Source of the DNA: Octopus sinensis
Taxonomy: Eukaryota
Length of the DNA: 13,193 nucleotides
Assembly (NCBI RefSeq): GCF_006345805.1
Contig: NW_021826192.1
Location: 1 to 13,193 of the forward strand
Direction of reading: 5' to 3'
This document shows positions 8,930 through 13,193 of this stretch, one piece after another (within the stretch, counting starts at the first letter, position 1; each line of letters starts with the position of its first letter). The position numbers were made by a program, and so were the translations under genes. The notes below the pieces were generated by a model. That model worked only from the letters and a program-made list of their open reading frames with translations. It searched no databases and was not told the DNA's origin.

Positions 8930-9281
8930 GGGCGGCGAGCAGGCAGAAACGTTAGCACGCCGGGCGAAATGCCTAGCGGTATTTCGTCTACCGTTACGTT
9001 TTAAAACCTAGCTGCTGTAAACATCTTTAAAAACAAATTCCGCCGAGGTCGACTTTGCCTTTCATCCTTTCGGGGTCGATAAATTAAGTACCAGTTACGC
9101 ACTGGGGTCGATGTAATCGACTTAATCTGTTTGTCTGTTCTTGTTTGTCCCCTCTGTGTTTAGCCCCTTGTGGGTAATAAAGAAATAGGTATTTCGTCTG
9201 TCTTTACGTCTGTCTTTACGGCAGACGAAATTCTGCTAAGCATTTCGCACGGTGTGCTAACGTGTCTGCCAGCTCGCCACC
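8930..9281 (+). mobile_element. Copy of the concatemer-forming SINE, followed by the start of a second unit and an inverted head
   Basis: Head GGCGGCGAGCAGGCAGAAACGTTAGC at 8931, body to ~9187, junction AAAGAAATA|GGTATTTCGTCTG, reverse-complement head at 9218-9281. Confidence 0.9.
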
Positions 9282-9549
9282 TTTATTCCGTACCGCCGAG
9301 TCTTTATAATGATTTGATCTTGAAGAAGCTTAACTCTGGATATAAGCACACGAACAAATATGCTTTGGATAAAATTAATGTCACTCATTGAGAAATGATC
9401 TCTAGTTTGGGCCTGCTTGATGGAACACACATACAAATATACAAATATATACGTAATATCTCAACATGGCTGTTTATTCATCAAACGATCCGTGCTTTTG
9501 TTTATGGGACTGTGCCGGTCTGTCTGTCTCTTTCTTTGTTTATCTCTCT

Positions 9550-9912
9550 ACCCATCCATCCGTCCGTCCGTTCCGTCCATCCATCCATTCATCCATCCAT
9601 CCATCCATCACTCCATCACTCCATCACTCCACCCATCCATCCATCCATCAATCCAATCATACATCCAGCCAGCCAACCATTCATCTATCAATCCATCCAT
9701 CCATCCATCCGTCCATATAGCCATCCATCCATCCATTCATCCATCCATCCATCCATCCATCCATCCTTCCATCCATCCATCCATCCATCCACCCACCCAC
9801 CCCCCACCCAATCCATCATCCCCATCCATCCATCCATCCATCCACCCACCCACCCACCACCCACCATCCATCCATCCATCCATCCACCCACCCACCCACC
9901 CATCCATCCATC
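9550..9912. repeat. (CCAT)n/(CCAC)n microsatellite
   Basis: Direct inspection. Confidence 0.95.
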
Positions 9913-10116
9913 TATGTGCAGTACAATGCGCATGTACCTCATATCCCCAAAATACCGTTATCTCTGTACATGCCACTTCACACTCAAAAACCGTTTTATA
10001 CTGTTACACTTGTATATAACAATATGTTCTTATTCTATGTCTATATACAAAAGTATTGCTTCCGTTCCTGTAAAACAATCCGGTTGTGTGGCTATTTTTT
10101 TGTTTATCTTTTACAG

Positions 10117-10194
10117 CGAGCATGTGTGTTTGACAACCGAACAAACGAGATTTCAAGCGAGATTGCATCGCATCGGCTATCGGCTCAGTGATAT
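10117..10194 (+). other. Candidate exon (coding status unknown)
   Basis: Strong acceptor ATTTTTTTGTTTATCTTTTACAG| at 10116 before a unique CpG-containing island; donor AT|GTATAT is weak. Confidence 0.3.
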
Positions 10195-10420
10195 GTATAT
10201 GTATACGTATGTGTGTTTGTGTGTGTACATGCATATGAATATATGTATGTATATAAAGAGAGTGAGAGAGAGAGGGAGAGGAGGAGAGAGCTGTGGTATG
10301 AAGTAGTAGCGCTTATATATACATATATGTGGTCCTATTCATACAAATACATGATATATATATATTAATATATTCATGTATACAAACACATACACACAGC
10401 TATCTCTATAGCTATCAATG

Positions 10421-10467
10421 TATCTATCTATCTATCTATCTATCTGTCTATCTCCCTATCTATCTCC

Positions 10468-10542
<75 letters not shown>
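10421..10542. repeat. (TATC)n microsatellite
   Basis: Direct inspection. Confidence 0.95.
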
Positions 10543-10543
<1 letters not shown>

Positions 10544-10666
10544 GTGTATATATGTATGTATGCATATATTCATATATATATATATATAAATACATAGACA
10601 CACTTATATCATTTACCAATCTACAATTTTAGGACTGATCTCTGAGGCCAAGCTGGAGTAACATTC

Positions 10667-10697
<31 letters not shown>

Positions 10698-10814
10698 TGT
10701 ATGTATGTATGTATGTATGTATGTTTTGTATGTATGTATGTATGTATGTATGCATGTATGTGCATATGTATGTACGTATGTATGTATGTATGTATGTGCA
10801 TATGTATGTATGTG

Positions 10815-10845
<31 letters not shown>

Positions 10846-11088
10846 GCATATGTATGTATGTATGTATGTATGTATGATGTTATATGTATGTATGTATGTA
10901 TGTATTATGTATGTGGGTATGTAATGGTATGTATGTGCATTGTATGTATGTGTATGTATGTATGTATGTATGTATGTATGTATGTAGTATGTAGGGCTTC
11001 ATATGTATGTATGTGTGTATGTATGTATCTGTATGTGTGCATATGTATGTATGTATGTATGTATGTATGCATGAATGATGTATGTATC

Positions 11089-11145
<57 letters not shown>

Positions 11146-11180
11146 GGCTTGTGTGTATATGTGTATGTATGTGTGTGAGT
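10667..11180. repeat. (TATG)n followed by (TA)n and (TG)n microsatellites
   Basis: Direct inspection. Confidence 0.95.
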
Positions 11181-11322
11181 GCGCGCGCGCATGCGTGTTA
11201 GTGCGTATATAGAGAGAATGGGCGAGAGTTAGATGTGTGAGGAGACTGTAAATCAGATATATCTGCAGGAGATAAACACATAGGATTACGAATGTGTTTA
11301 TAGCGCTCTTTTTCCTGTGCCT

Positions 11323-11720
11323 AGGAGTGGCTGTGTGGTAAGTAGCTTGCTTACCAACCACATGGTTCCGGGTTCAGTCCCACTGCGTGGCATCCAGGGT
11401 AAGTGTCTTCTGCTATAGCCCCAGGCCGACCCAAGCCTTGTGAGGTGATTTTTAGCGGAAACTGAAAGAAGCCTGTCGTATATATGTAATATATATATAT
11501 ATATATATAGTATGTTTTTGTGTGTCTGTGTTTGTCCCTCTAGCATTGCTTGGCAAACCGATACTGGTGTGGTTTACGTCCCCCTCACTTAGCGGTTCGG
11601 CAAAAGAGACCGATAGAATAAGTACCGGGGGGTCGATTGCTCGACTAAAGGCTGTGCTCCAGCATGGCCGCCTGTCAAATGACTGAAACAAGTAAAAGAG
11701 AAAAGAGAAAAGAGAAAGAG
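11323..11720 (+). mobile_element. Third tRNA-derived SINE family, with an internal (TA)/(TG) tract and an (AAAGAG)n tail
   Basis: A box TGGCTGTGTGG, B box-like GGTTCAGTCCC, CORE-like GGGTAAGTGTCTTCTGCTATAGCC, CGATAGAATAAGTACC, and tail GAAACAAGTAAAAGAGAAAAGAG. Confidence 0.85.
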
Positions 11721-11726
11721 GCATAA

Positions 11727-11966
11727 GTTGTTTTTTTTTATGGAAGGCCAGCAGTCGCCTATGCATACCAGCTTCTCCTGTCCACGCCACTGATGTATTT
11801 CGAAGGGAAAGGCAAAGGGGCAGATACAGCTTGGCACTAGTGATGTCGCAACTCATTTCTACAGCTGTGTTAACTGGAGCAATGTGAAATAAAGTGTCTT
11901 GCTCAAGAACACAACAGAACTCACGATCCTAAGCCCAACGTTCTAACCACTGAGTCATGCGCCTTC
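11727..11966 (-). mobile_element. CORE-type tRNA SINE of the same subfamily as 6797-6990, B-box region largely deleted
   Basis: Minus strand reads GAAGGCGCATGACTCAGTGGTTAG...TTGAGCAAGACACTTTATTTCACATTGCTCCAG...GAGTTGCGACATCACT. Confidence 0.88.
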
Positions 11967-12036
11967 ATATATATATATATATAAATAGATAGATAAATAG
12001 ATAGATAGATAGATAGATAGATCGATAGGTAGATAA

Positions 12037-12109
<73 letters not shown>

Positions 12110-12500
12110 CAGATAGGTAGAAGATAGATAGATAGATAGATAGATAGACTGGTGGATAGAAAGATGGACTATCAGAAAGACAGCTAGGTAGATAGTTAAG
12201 AAGATAAATAGATAGATTGATAGATAGATAGGTAGGCACACGACAGGCTGTCAGAGAGATAGATTGATACATGAAGTGTGAAAGTAGATAAATAGTTAGA
12301 TAAATAGATAGACTGATAGATAGGTAGAAAGACAGATAGGTAAATAGATACAGAGATGGGCAGATAAAGAGATAGAGAGACAGCGGGAGAGAGAGCTAGA
12401 TTGATAAATAGATAGATAGATAGATAGATATATAGATAGATAGATAGATAGATAGAGTGGGAGAGATAGGAAGAGGGAGAGAGGAAGAGCAAACAAGGAA
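11967..12500. repeat. (TA)n then (GATA)n/(GA)n microsatellite
   Basis: Direct inspection. Confidence 0.93.
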
Positions 12501-12805
12501 GAGAGAGGGGAATGAGAGTTATGATGAAATAGATAGGTACTCAAAAGACGGATAGCTACAGGTTCACTGATTAATATATAGAGAACGGGTAGACATCTAA
12601 AGGTTGATACATAAACACACAAATATATATACACACGTTTAAAAACACACGCTCATATATACACATATACAATGAACCAATACCTCAACACATACTCACA
12701 TGCATACATTATATATTATATAATATATATATATAGATATATATATAGATATATATAATATAGCTATCTCTAAAGATACACACACACAATTTGACATATA
12801 TATAC

Positions 12806-12900
12806 GTAATACAGAGTAAAGGAGATAAAATTGATAGGTTATGTATTATAAGAAGGACAAAGACAGAACACACAAAACGAATCGTTATAGTAGCCGCCAT
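12806..12900 (-). CDS. Candidate first coding exon with a hydrophobic, signal-peptide-like N-terminus
   Basis: MAATITIRFVCSVFVLLIIHNLSILSPLLCI; good Kozak context (AAATGG); donor AC|GTATAT is weak; no homology recognised. Confidence 0.22.
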
Positions 12901-12972
12901 TTGCATTGTTGGAGTAAAGACATTGGAACGCTTCTCTACTATTTGAAGACAAAAAGCCTTAAGAACTTCCGG
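12893..12972 (-). promoter_or_regulatory. Candidate promoter/start region with an ETS-like site and a YY1-like site overlapping an ATG
   Basis: Minus strand CCGGAAGT (12972-12965) and CAAATGGCGGC (12903-12893) in unique sequence. Confidence 0.35.
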
Positions 12973-13193
12973 CTGGCTTGCTCTGACATAAGCTACAGGC
13001 TGTTTTAATATTGATTCCGCCTATATATCGCTTATTAGCTGCTGAAGTTGGATATCTGCATGTGAATATAGCATTGCAGCATATTTATCAAACAAACGTG
13101 TGAGATTGCTGTGTAAACGTCAACGATTTTCTGGTCTTAGCGACCACGTTGCTTCACTCGCCAGCGTAACCCATCTGTGCTCCAATATATAAT

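Noticed and set aside
9395-12634. ORFs with HPSI, MDGW, MYVC or YLSI repeats (the MDGW ones superficially reflectin-like)
   Set aside because: They are direct translations of (CCAT)n, (TATG)n and (GATA)n, with no reflectin motif.

Overview
Eukaryotic, AT-rich, repeat-saturated non-coding DNA. The SINE families match my recollection of Octopus (coleoid cephalopod) repeats; this attribution is an inference. No confidently intact gene is present, and nearly all ORFs in the track are microsatellite read-throughs. Contents: a ~150-bp tandem repeat interrupted by a CORE-type tRNA SINE with a perfect 15-bp TSD; an internally deleted mariner; a six-unit concatemer of a second SINE family with only one head; a copy of that family capped by an inverted head; a fold-back/MITE with ~235-bp arms and internal TTAGGG repeats; a ~300-bp-arm inverted repeat enclosing a non-autonomous Helitron; further SINEs; a constant-core minisatellite; and many microsatellites. 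A few unique islands look like weak exon or promoter candidates. The most notable signals are the precise SINE concatemer junction recurring at a second locus and the high density of inverted repeats.
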